From: Verrucomicrobiales bacterium | GTDB taxonomy: Bacteria > Verrucomicrobiota > Verrucomicrobiia > Verrucomicrobiales > DEV007 | NCBI GenBank assembly: GCA_029233965.1 | Contig: JARGOP010000012.1 | Location: 30,779-94,778 of the forward strand | Direction of reading: 5' to 3' | Length of the DNA stretch: 64,000 nt | Shown here: piece by piece, positions 46,001 through 53,004 of the stretch | Layout of the letters: every line of letters begins with the position of its first letter | How positions within the stretch are numbered: position 1 is the stretch's first letter | The notes under the pieces: model-generated | The model's input: the letters and a program-made list of their open reading frames with translations, nothing else | Database searches by the model: none | What the model was told of the DNA's origin: nothing | Made by a program: the position numbers and the translations under genes

Positions 46001-46353
46001 TGGCCTTTGCGAGTAAGAACGTTCTCGTGGAAGTTGTCGGTGCCGGACAGAGGGAGATGATCGCGGTCTACTCGAATCAGCTCAATGTGCAAATGTCAGA
46101 ACGATACGGTCGTCTTGAGGTGAGTCATGACGAGAGGGAAGGTCCGGTATCGAAGGCCTACGTGAAAGTCTATGCGAGAATGAAGAATGGAGATGTTCGC
46201 TTTTTCAAGGATGGCTACACTGATCTTCGTGGTAAGTTCGACTATGTCAGTCTCAGCACAAATGAGTTGGATGAGGTTGAGAAATTCAGTCTCCTCGTCA
46301 TGAGTGAGGAGAACGGATCGCTTGTCACGGAGGTGAGTCCGCCACGCCGGTGA
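40096..46353 (+). CDS. Giant exported/membrane-anchored protein of unknown function (2085 aa)
   Basis: An uninterrupted 6.2-kb ORF. N-terminal hydrophobic segment VVLSGVLILISFSIM. A helical-repeat region of about 450 aa, then many beta-sandwich-like modules. A Gly/Ala/Pro linker at about 44.08-44.20 kb. No catalytic motif recognised. Confidence 0.8.
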   Translation: MKTPLPLRSIRHVVLSGVLILISFSIMKTTAEEGFDFLERFALAEDRGAVLNELVPGTEEFYYYSALHAQQEKRFDDVVALLEPWIKRHGETPGVTEIRHRQALLGYEVDPEASLKYLIEELGVRFDHEQEKLDTKPDFPTKLDVARIEWDAFLQQSIQRNSLSKIKTSGFDRLIREEIPLNPAQRRELLSRLVFPDFERLVGLIAADLRTPESRGFGEFPIHLQLTLAQLDELVGLMPELANHPKFVDARLLRLRPNGDVLLEHSAEERAAYLDRLWGYVSQLAPAFTSLKVSVLYQRLREARANGEVPLDEFLTYLRLPRPASYMAPRYLQERNQQIAMADLNADFASTTGFPPVGNDEALVRHFLEAVFVDDESYQRFSPYLREDYLKQVFAETKLIRGIGDAADYFSMLTPAQVQSIRERVEITFRQENPDEFTARDEVTLKVDLKNVKDLIVKVYEINTHNYYLDQQREISTDLNLDGLVANQEKRYQFEQASLIRHEESFTFDSMRGKRGVWVVEMIGNGISSRALVRKGKLQYLSNTTPGGEMVQVVSEDNEWIKEASIWFGGRVYKADEEGSILLPFSKEGRSSVILNDGEISSFASIELPRETYSLDAGFFLEQESLIAGRESTVIVNSQLTLNGEPVSVTLLENPTLRIQTTDADGVDSIVEVESFDLFDDRESVHTFRVPARLQNIAVSLEGTLPLVSEAGESPVLTSERNFPVNGIDTESQVSDLFLSRFEDGYRIEVLGKSGEPIADRPVTLVLAHEDFMQPLSVVLKSDPAGVVRLGELEGIAFLEAQSQGTRQRSWAIQNGRYSHSGSIHAVAGETVMVPLSRPPAVLSRSDFALFEVRSGIHVTDFFDRATLSDAAVEISDLKAGDYRVILRREGRVIDLYVTASETQISGYALSKSRHLQLSDRSPLHLGSIEREGDKLFIKVSNADEFTRVHLVATRFLPEFDPYKSLKREIEMPLFRITRGSNQSLYLSGRDIGEEYRYILDRRSLTRYPGNMLERPGLLLNPWELNETSTERDEAEAGDAYKKGADMKAESRTAPGTAMDRAPVEEPFVAISPSLQFLSQPSLVLSNLEPGEDGIIEVDGSLLDGRQHVHVVALNATTSTSRQFVAPAPEEAVPFRDLRLTESLDNKKSFTQQRKVTLLETGESLRIEDLRSTEMEFYDTIEEVYSVLFAINPDLNFAKFGFITNWNELDAGRKRELYSDHACHELHLFLAKKDPEFFTEIVVPYLKNKKDKTFMDLYLLGANLESFLKPWAFSRLNVVEQILLGQRLGGALQKSTADHVVSLHELIPSDVGQETFFFKQALRGRRAGSGNELVQAIPGGGGFGFADGFGEVAASPAAVAPPPPEALAIISSRGMSGGVNQLANLRERALKERLFRQIESTKEWAENNYYEIPIQQQIAELVSVNGFWKDFANWDGNGNFYSREFTAATQSFTEMMMALSILDLPFTAEEHEIRIDDVEMTFTAKSPVIVFHEEIEEAERTEEGTPILVSQNFYREDDRFRIVDGEREDKFVKDEFLTGVVYGSQIVVTNPTSSHHVLDMLVQIPEGAIPVAGSDYTKSYPFALSPFSTERLEVSFYFPGVSGERLFTSFPVQAARDEKVIATGSDMSFKVVDRLSRVDEASWDYLSQEGTEEEVLDFLRNENLHRINLSRIAWRMRENIDFFRKVTALIAERHAYDDTLWSYGLYHGVTEVAREYLNHQGNFLSQSGLWIDSELVSVDPVERHWYEHLEYSPLVNARAHRLGREQSILNDRFLKQYQSQLKVLSYKPELSQEDRLAITGYLFLQDRLEDGLAWQESIEPGELDSRLQYDYLAAYAAFYREDLEAAKAIAAKYVDYPVVRWENRFAEVARQIKEVSGAEEGAGEEGSMEQLSSTDPFLELTATGREAALNFRNLDAIEVNYYEMDLEFLFSSKPFVSGDSGQFAYIKPNLTEEKKLPEHGGAFTFEIPVAFASKNVLVEVVGAGQREMIAVYSNQLNVQMSERYGRLEVSHDEREGPVSKAYVKVYARMKNGDVRFFKDGYTDLRGKFDYVSLSTNELDEVEKFSLLVMSEENGSLVTEVSPPRR

Positions 46354-46432
46354 TCGGAGGCAGGTGTGGAGGGGCCGCTGCATTCGGGGTGGCCGCCAGC
46401 CCGCGTGGTTCCTTCCAGTGCCTGCCCTTCGT

Positions 46433-46463
46433 GGTCGAGGTGAAACTCGACCCTCCTCTTTTC
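46433..46463 (+). terminator. Weak candidate terminator after the giant gene
   Basis: GGTCGAG (46433..46439) pairs with CTCGACC (46446..46452) across a 6-nt loop. An interrupted T-tract, CTCCTCTTTTC, follows. Confidence 0.3.
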
Positions 46464-46473
46464 GGAGTGAGAG

Positions 46474-47847
46474 TTAAGATTTTGTTAGAAATTTCTGAAG
46501 CACTTGCGTCAGCGTTTTGATACCCCAATGAAATCCAGTGATCGGGATTCTTTCATCAATGCCGTGAAAGAGAGAGGCAAAGTCGATCTCTTCCGGCAGT
46601 TGCAGGGGGTAAAATCCGTAGCAGATCGCCCCGAGGCGGGCGTAGTTTTTACTGTCGGTAAAACCCTGAATAATTGAAGGGATGACATGAGCTTCGGGGT
46701 CAGCTTCCCTGAGTCCTCTTTCGATTTCTTCGAACAGGGGGGTGTCGGGACTGAAGGAAACAGCGGGAGACTCTTCGAGGATTTCGAACTTGGCGTCCAC
46801 TCCGGGAATTCGTGCGGTGATGTTTTGCAACTCCCGAATGAGGTCGGCGGCATTCTGACCCGGGGCAAGCCGTCCATCAATATCGACCGAAGCGGTAGAG
46901 GGAATCACGTTGATCGGGTTTCCTGTCTTCAACACGGTTGGATTCGCCGTATTCCGGAGAATGGCTTCGAGCGATTTCCTTCGCGACGGGTCCGTCACGG
47001 CGAGAGGCAGGAGCCGGGGGCCGATCACGGGATGAGACAGCAGCGGGGAGAGGGCGCGGGCGGCGGCACCATCAGGCCCGGCAAAGCCGGCGATAAAGCG
47101 ACTGGCTTCTTCGCTTGGATGCCACGGCAATCGTGTCCTACCGATCGCTTCGATGGCTTTTCCAAGATGAACTACGGCGTTGTCGTCTGATGGCAGGGAG
47201 CTGTGACCGGACGTTCCCTTCACCGTCATCCGTATCCAGGCGACGCCTTTTTCCGCCACTTGCACGGGATAGAAGCGCCGGCCTTTTTGATGAACGGTGA
47301 AGCCGCCGACTTCGTTGATGACATATTCAGGATTCTCTCCCAACAAGTCTGCATGATTGTCGACGAGCCATTTTGAACCGTGCCGCGTTCCGGCTTCTTC
47401 GTCACAGACCGCGACAAAAATGAGATCGCGGTTGATCGGGGTCTGCTCTTTCCTCAAGCGGCTCAGCGCGGACAGGCCCATGGCAGCGAACCCTTTCATA
47501 TCGATCGCTCCCCGTCCCCAGATGCAGGTGCCGTCATCAAATCCTGAGAGGGGAGGATGAGTCCATTGTTCAGGATTGGCGGGGACGACGTCGAGATGGC
47601 AACTGAGAATGAGGGGGCGTTCGCACTTCCGATGCGCACCGGCCGGCCAGCGGGCGACGAGATTCGGCCTTTCTCTTGAAGTGCCAACCAGAACCGTTTC
47701 CAGTCCCATCGACTGGCATCTGTTCTCCACCAACTCGATCGCTTCGCGTTCGTTTCCCGGCGGGTTGGTGGTGTCAATGCGGATCAGTGACTGGAGCAGC
47801 GAAACAGCCTCCTCCTTCTCTGCCGCTGAAAATTCGAGGGCGGCCAT
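46474..47847 (-). CDS. M20-family metallopeptidase (ArgE/DapE/CPG2-like)
   Basis: LIRIDTTNPPGNE, HLDVVP, WGRGAIDMKG and CDEEAG metal-ligand motifs. The start is set at ATG 47847 (MAALEF...) because the ORF-track start 47988 would overlap the upstream gene by 113 nt. Confidence 0.85.
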   Translation of the reverse strand: MAALEFSAAEKEEAVSLLQSLIRIDTTNPPGNEREAIELVENRCQSMGLETVLVGTSRERPNLVARWPAGAHRKCERPLILSCHLDVVPANPEQWTHPPLSGFDDGTCIWGRGAIDMKGFAAMGLSALSRLRKEQTPINRDLIFVAVCDEEAGTRHGSKWLVDNHADLLGENPEYVINEVGGFTVHQKGRRFYPVQVAEKGVAWIRMTVKGTSGHSSLPSDDNAVVHLGKAIEAIGRTRLPWHPSEEASRFIAGFAGPDGAAARALSPLLSHPVIGPRLLPLAVTDPSRRKSLEAILRNTANPTVLKTGNPINVIPSTASVDIDGRLAPGQNAADLIRELQNITARIPGVDAKFEILEESPAVSFSPDTPLFEEIERGLREADPEAHVIPSIIQGFTDSKNYARLGAICYGFYPLQLPEEIDFASLFHGIDERIPITGFHWGIKTLTQVLQKFLTKS

Positions 47848-47875
47848 GCGGGCGGATCGTCGGTGTGAAGCAGGA

Positions 47876-48601
47876 TTATCGCCCGGGGCCCGAAGACTTC
47901 GGACCACCGAGGTTATCGCGTTCGAACATTTTGGCCGGGTAACTTCCGATCTGAATGTTCGAAAATTGAAGGGTGATCGTCCTGCCACTGTCAGTGATCA
48001 TCATTTTGGAAAGGAAAGGCCGCCCGTTCGCGGTGTTGTTGTATTCCATCACTGATGAGCGGATCAGCGTGCCTGACTTGGCATAGAACTCGGCCTTTTT
48101 GCCGAGGTTCTTGTCGTTGGTCACCCAGTATTTGATCATGGCATAGGTGTCGCCGAGGGAATTCGCCTTCAGCGAATACACCGTCGCGGCTTCTCCATTC
48201 ACTTCCCCCGCCTCCTGTCCGACGAGCTTGTAGCCGTCGACGAAGCTGGTGGAGGCGATGTCTCCAATCGCCGCATCACCGGAAAGGCGCTGACGCTTGG
48301 AGACCGAAACAGGTCGACTGATCCCGGGTTTCCAGAACCACATGTTGCCTTTGGCTTCGGCAAGGTAGCGGCGGCCCTGAGCGTCCGCCGGTTCGATCAC
48401 TTCCGCGAATACTTTCCCGCCCTGTGAGGTTGCCACAAATTTTGCATTCTTTTCTCCACTGACGCTCACGGTCCATTGGACTCCGGTGTTCCCTGTCGAT
48501 ATGCCGCGGGCCTGCTCTGCTGCGGCAAGGGCGGCTTCGTCTGCCCGGAGAGGGGCAATGAGGAGAGAAATGAGAAAGCAGGAAAGGAATACTCGTTTCA
48601 T
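47876..48601 (-). CDS. LolA-like outer-membrane lipoprotein-sorting family protein
   Basis: Signal peptide MKRVFLSCFLISLLIAPLRA and a 240-aa beta-rich protein. The pattern MWFWKPGISRPVSVSKRQRLSGDAAIGDIAS...Y and the position directly downstream of an FtsX-type permease are typical of this family as I recall it. Confidence 0.55.
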   Translation of the reverse strand: MKRVFLSCFLISLLIAPLRADEAALAAAEQARGISTGNTGVQWTVSVSGEKNAKFVATSQGGKVFAEVIEPADAQGRRYLAEAKGNMWFWKPGISRPVSVSKRQRLSGDAAIGDIASTSFVDGYKLVGQEAGEVNGEAATVYSLKANSLGDTYAMIKYWVTNDKNLGKKAEFYAKSGTLIRSSVMEYNNTANGRPFLSKMMITDSGRTITLQFSNIQIGSYPAKMFERDNLGGPKSSGPGR

Positions 48602-48613
48602 GATGGGTGAAGT

Positions 48614-49858
48614 TTAGACGTGGCCCAGAGAATCTACAATACTTTGCTTCGCGGCGCGGCGTGCCGGGGCGATCGCGGCAAGGGAGGTGAAGAACACCAG
48701 AAGCATCAGGGTGATGAAGAGATACTTCGGCAGGATTCTGATTTCCCAAACGATTTCGCGAGCCGTCACGGGCGGTTCCCAGGTCGGTTGCAGCCAGTGG
48801 ATGAAAAGGGAAAATCCGACCGTAATGAGGAGTCCGGTGAGTGCGCCGATGACCCCGAGGAAAGCACTCTCGATTCCGAAAAGGCGCACGACGCCGGGAC
48901 GCTTGAGACCGATCGCCCGCAAGGTGCCGATTTCGCGGGTCCGTTCCACCACCGCCATTCCGATGGTGTTCAATACGGACATGACAACGATGGTGGCGAT
49001 GATGACAAACACGAGCCCGAAGATGATATCGAACATGCGCTTGGTTCGCAGGTAGAGGCGCGAGACTTCATACCAGGGAATCACCTCCCATTCCTCGGAA
49101 GACAACCTGGTCCGAAGTGTTTCGACGACGGCATCCGTGTCGTCGTCTTCGCTGAGTAAAATCCTGACACAACTGACGCCTTTTGTATCGTAGAGACCCT
49201 GCGCGAGTTCGAGGGGCATGAAAACATAGCGATTGTTCAGCGCTTCGGAGGCGACATCGACGATCTCGAAAACCTGCGCATCAACGGCATTCATCTGGCC
49301 GCTGATCGATGGCGCCATGAGAATAACATCGGTGCCGGGTTCGAGCCCAAGATTTTCCGCCATGCCCGGTGCGATTGAAATCGCATAGGGGGTTTCGTCC
49401 CTGATCTTCTCTCCAACCGCGCCGGGGCCTGAGGCGCTCTTCAGCGCAGTGGACCGTGAAAAGATATCGTCCTTTTGCGAGGGCACCATGGCCTGACCGA
49501 AAAAGAAGCCGGGTTTGCCGTCGTAATCGAGGTTGCCTTTGACCTCCAGCATCCCGGCGGCGAGCTCGATCCGGTCGTCCTCAGCGGAAATTGCCTGAAT
49601 TGTCTCAAATTCGTCGGCCTTGATCAGGTAGGCTGCGGGATCTGACCCGCCGTAGTCCCGGGCGCCCTTCTTCCAGATCTGAACGTGCCCGTTCACCTGC
49701 TCATAGATATGGGCCTCCTCGATGCTGGCAAACATATAACCGGCAAATCCGGCGAAGATGTTGGTTGCAGAATAGCCGAGGGCAACCGCCGCGATCGTCG
49801 TGATTGATCGACGTGAGTTGCGAAGCAAATTTCGGAGGGCCAGAGAGATCCAGTTCAC
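48614..49858 (-). CDS. ABC transporter permease, FtsX/MacB/LolC type
   Basis: N-terminal TM after LRNLLRNSRRS, a periplasmic domain of about 230 aa, then three C-terminal TMs with the REIGTLRAIG motif. 414 aa. Confidence 0.8.
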   Translation of the reverse strand: MNWISLALRNLLRNSRRSITTIAAVALGYSATNIFAGFAGYMFASIEEAHIYEQVNGHVQIWKKGARDYGGSDPAAYLIKADEFETIQAISAEDDRIELAAGMLEVKGNLDYDGKPGFFFGQAMVPSQKDDIFSRSTALKSASGPGAVGEKIRDETPYAISIAPGMAENLGLEPGTDVILMAPSISGQMNAVDAQVFEIVDVASEALNNRYVFMPLELAQGLYDTKGVSCVRILLSEDDDTDAVVETLRTRLSSEEWEVIPWYEVSRLYLRTKRMFDIIFGLVFVIIATIVVMSVLNTIGMAVVERTREIGTLRAIGLKRPGVVRLFGIESAFLGVIGALTGLLITVGFSLFIHWLQPTWEPPVTAREIVWEIRILPKYLFITLMLLVFFTSLAAIAPARRAAKQSIVDSLGHV

Positions 49859-49906
49859 AGTATCTTGGGTGGGAAAAGCTATTGTTACCGGTGGATCGAA
49901 CGCTCC

Positions 49907-50257
49907 TCAAGAGGCAATTGGGACAAACCAATCCTTCACGGGGTCTTTGAGCCAGAAAATGATGAGAGGGATGCAGAGGGGAATGAAGATCACGCTGGTA
50001 AGCCCCATGACCATGAGGGCCAGTCCATAGATCCAGGCCCAGCCCTGCCTCGGGAGAAAAAAAGCCGGAAGAACGGCGGCAGTGAAGAGGAGACCGAGAA
50101 GAATGAAGATCCATCCAACGAGCACTGACTCGGCGGAGGTCATCTCCAACTGCTCCGGCGGGAGAGCAAGAAAAACAACCCCGAGGGCGACGAGGCCGAG
50201 GTAGGTCAGGGCAAGGAGAGCTGCATAGGCACGGAACCAGAGTATCGTTGCAGGCAT
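49907..50257 (-). CDS. Small hypothetical membrane protein (3-4 TM)
   Basis: 116-aa ORF that is almost entirely hydrophobic helices. Starts 5 bp downstream of the DedA gene's stop. Confidence 0.5.
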   Translation of the reverse strand: MPATILWFRAYAALLALTYLGLVALGVVFLALPPEQLEMTSAESVLVGWIFILLGLLFTAAVLPAFFLPRQGWAWIYGLALMVMGLTSVIFIPLCIPLIIFWLKDPVKDWFVPIAS

Positions 50258-50262
50258 AGCGA

Positions 50263-51000
50263 TCAGGCTTTAGAGGGCTTTTTCGCGAAGCGGAAATAGA
50301 GTTTCCGACAACGGGAGAGGAAAACAAGTCGACTCCGCTTCGTGGCGAGAATCTCGAGAATCTTCACAGTGAGGTAGACGACGAGGACCACAGCAATGAA
50401 GACGGGAATCGCATACGACTCATAAATTTTGAGCCAGCTGAAGACGACCTCGCCCAACTGATTGGACAGGCTCACGAGAATGATCGCAGACAGGGCACCC
50501 GCAAGGAACATGAAGAGCGCGAATCGCCAGAGCGGATAATTCAGGACTCCGGCGGCCGCGTAAATTGGAAGCCTTGAACCGGGCAGGAGCCTTGAGGAAA
50601 AAATCAATTTCGCTCCGTGTTCTCGAAACAGGGTCTCCGCCTGAATAATCTGGTGTTCTTTGATGAACCAGCGGAAGGGAACCCGTTTCAGAAGACCGAT
50701 TCCGCCGATGCGTCCCATGAGATAGAGGAGGAGGTCGCCGAGGTAGATCCCCAGAAAGGCCGCCGCCAGCGCCCATTGGAATGAAATAGCGCCTTCGCTG
50801 GCGAGCATTCCGGCGGCGATGCAGGCGAGATCCTCACTGATGAGGGTGGAAAGAGCGATTCCTGCAACCCGCTGCCAGAGCGGGAGTGTTGCTGCGTCAG
50901 AAAGACGATCAAACACCGAGAGATCCGACTCACAGGAGGTCAGGGACAAGACCAGTCCTGCCAGCAGAAGAGCGGCGATCAACTTGTTCGGGCGGGGCAT
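50263..51000 (-). CDS. DedA/VTT-family membrane protein
   Basis: Multi-pass protein with the typical ...ISEDLACIAAGMLA... and GRIGG...FREHGAKLIFSSRLLPGSRLP motifs of DedA/SNARE-associated proteins. Confidence 0.75.
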   Translation of the reverse strand: MPRPNKLIAALLLAGLVLSLTSCESDLSVFDRLSDAATLPLWQRVAGIALSTLISEDLACIAAGMLASEGAISFQWALAAAFLGIYLGDLLLYLMGRIGGIGLLKRVPFRWFIKEHQIIQAETLFREHGAKLIFSSRLLPGSRLPIYAAAGVLNYPLWRFALFMFLAGALSAIILVSLSNQLGEVVFSWLKIYESYAIPVFIAVVLVVYLTVKILEILATKRSRLVFLSRCRKLYFRFAKKPSKA

Positions 51001-51097
51001 GGGCGGGACGACATCAGACTGACGTCCGATGATTCAAAGTTAGCCGATCAAGCCCTGTTGCGCGAATCCTGATTGATGGCCCGGCGTGAAATCACAA

Positions 51098-52912
51098 TCA
51101 GAGCTTTTTCACATACGCGTAGTAGGCGCCCCAAATTTCGCCCTCCCCGGTAACGAAAGTGGCATCGAGCTCCGCAGGACCTTTCTCGAGAGACACTTTG
51201 AAGGTCACATGGGTATCTTCTTTCCCGATCTCTGCGGTAAGCTCTTTTCCTCCAATAGAAAGCTTTGCCGTCTTGAGTGGGATGGCGACTCCTTTGCGAG
51301 TCCGGAAAGCCTGAGTTCCGGGGACGGGTTCGCCGGGCGCGACGCCTGCGGTGAGAGGAACCTTGGCAACATTACCCTCGTTTGGCCAACGACGCAGCTC
51401 AATTTCGTACTCGCCGGCTTCCACCACGTCGAGATACCAGAAGCCGATATTTTCAGGTTTGTTGTCCGCGTCGCGGATATGGCCCTGATTCCAGGGGGCT
51501 AGACCGGTCGTGATCCAGTCGTGCCCGGTAAGACGGGAAGGGTTCTCGGCGGGGTGGCCGATCTTGATGCGTGCCGGATCGCCGAAGGTCGGCTCCAACT
51601 CGGCCCACCACTGGTGGTAAAACTCTTTCAGCCTTGCCGCGACTTCGGGGTGGTCTGCGATGACGTTGTTCTTCTGCCCGGGGTCCTTGTCGATCTCGTA
51701 GAGCTCGTGACGGACTCCCTTCGGGGTGGCGTCATTGACGAGGCGCCACTGGTCCGTCATCACCGCCGACTTGCGCCATTTGATCGGGTCTTTGACCCGC
51801 TGGCTGTCGGTCACAAGAATACGGTCCGGCCAGTCGCTGACCTGATCCTTGCTTTCGAGAAGAGGGCGGATTGAAACGCCGTCAAAGGCCACGTCCCCGG
51901 GAGGCTCAACACCGGCGAGATCAATCAAGGTCGGGACGATATCAACGTGAGCGGTGATGGTTTCGATCATGACTTCCTCATCATAGCCGCCGCCGGGCCA
52001 GTGCAGGAAAAAAGGCACGCGGTGTCCACCGTCGTACTCGCTGCCTTTTTGGCCGCGCATCCCGCTGTTGTGGATGCCGCCACCGGCGGCAGTGCCATTG
52101 TCGGTCGTGAAGATGAAGATGGTGTTTTCAGTCTGACCTTTTTCTTCGAGCCAGTCTCGAAGTGCGCCCACATTTTCGTCGATGTTGGCAATCATGCCGA
52201 AAAAATGTGCGACGCCAGTATTGAGGTCTTTGTAGGGCTCGACGTATTTTTCGGGGGAATGATAAGGGCTGTGAGGCGCGTTCGTCGAAATGTAGCTGAG
52301 AAACGGTTTGCCTGCTTCGAGCTGCGCTTCCATGAAGTCTTTGGCGAAATCAAAATAAACGTCGGTGCAGTAGCCCTCGACTTCGACCGGGGTTTTGTTG
52401 TGAAAGTAGGAGCCGCCGAAGTAGGCGTTGTCCCAGAGGTCGGGAGTCTGCCCGACGCCTCCGCCTCCGTGCCGGAGCACTTCGGTGAAGCCCCGGTCTT
52501 CAGGGCGGAACGGGTAGTTGTCACCGAGGTGCCACTTTCCGAACATTCCGGTCGCATAGCCATTGTCTTTGAAAATCCGGCCGATCGTGACTTCGTTTTC
52601 GCGCAGCATCGAGCGCCCCATGATTGTATGCCAGACGCCGGTCCGGTTGGTCCAGTGGCCCGTCAGGAGCGCGCAGCGGGTCGGGGAGCAGGTCGGCGCG
52701 ACGTGGTAGTCGTCAAGGCGAACTGACTCGTGGGCAAGTTGATCGATGTGCGGGGTTTTCAGAACCGGATTGCCGTGGACGGACAAATCGCCGTAGCCCT
52801 GATCATCGGTGATCACGATGACAATATTCGGCTTCTGCGTCTGAGCGTCTGCCATGATAGCAAAGCCGAGCAGGAGAATGAGCGAGAGAACGAGGAATTT
52901 GACGAACTTCAT
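51098..52912 (-). CDS. Arylsulfatase (Cys-type) with C-terminal beta-sandwich extension
   Basis: Signal peptide, IVIVITDDQGYGD and the CSPTRCALLTGHW signature. 604 aa. Confidence 0.9.
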   Translation of the reverse strand: MKFVKFLVLSLILLLGFAIMADAQTQKPNIVIVITDDQGYGDLSVHGNPVLKTPHIDQLAHESVRLDDYHVAPTCSPTRCALLTGHWTNRTGVWHTIMGRSMLRENEVTIGRIFKDNGYATGMFGKWHLGDNYPFRPEDRGFTEVLRHGGGGVGQTPDLWDNAYFGGSYFHNKTPVEVEGYCTDVYFDFAKDFMEAQLEAGKPFLSYISTNAPHSPYHSPEKYVEPYKDLNTGVAHFFGMIANIDENVGALRDWLEEKGQTENTIFIFTTDNGTAAGGGIHNSGMRGQKGSEYDGGHRVPFFLHWPGGGYDEEVMIETITAHVDIVPTLIDLAGVEPPGDVAFDGVSIRPLLESKDQVSDWPDRILVTDSQRVKDPIKWRKSAVMTDQWRLVNDATPKGVRHELYEIDKDPGQKNNVIADHPEVAARLKEFYHQWWAELEPTFGDPARIKIGHPAENPSRLTGHDWITTGLAPWNQGHIRDADNKPENIGFWYLDVVEAGEYEIELRRWPNEGNVAKVPLTAGVAPGEPVPGTQAFRTRKGVAIPLKTAKLSIGGKELTAEIGKEDTHVTFKVSLEKGPAELDATFVTGEGEIWGAYYAYVKKL

Positions 52913-53004
52913 TATTCCTCAAGCGTGCCTGATGAAACCAGATGCGACAAGGACGCAACCATGGCGCACTGAGGCGTAAATTTCCCCGTGAGATATAGGA
53001 TTGG

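Noticed and set aside
40096-46353. Giant protein as a bacterial alpha-2-macroglobulin
   Set aside because: The beta-sandwich-rich layout is reminiscent, but I found no CxEQ thioester motif, no lipobox and no recognisable bait or receptor-binding signatures. It is left as an orphan.
47848-47988. 47-aa N-terminal extension of the M20 peptidase ORF
   Set aside because: It would overlap the 3' end of the upstream LolA-like gene by over 100 nt. The conserved M20 N-terminus starts at ATG 47847.
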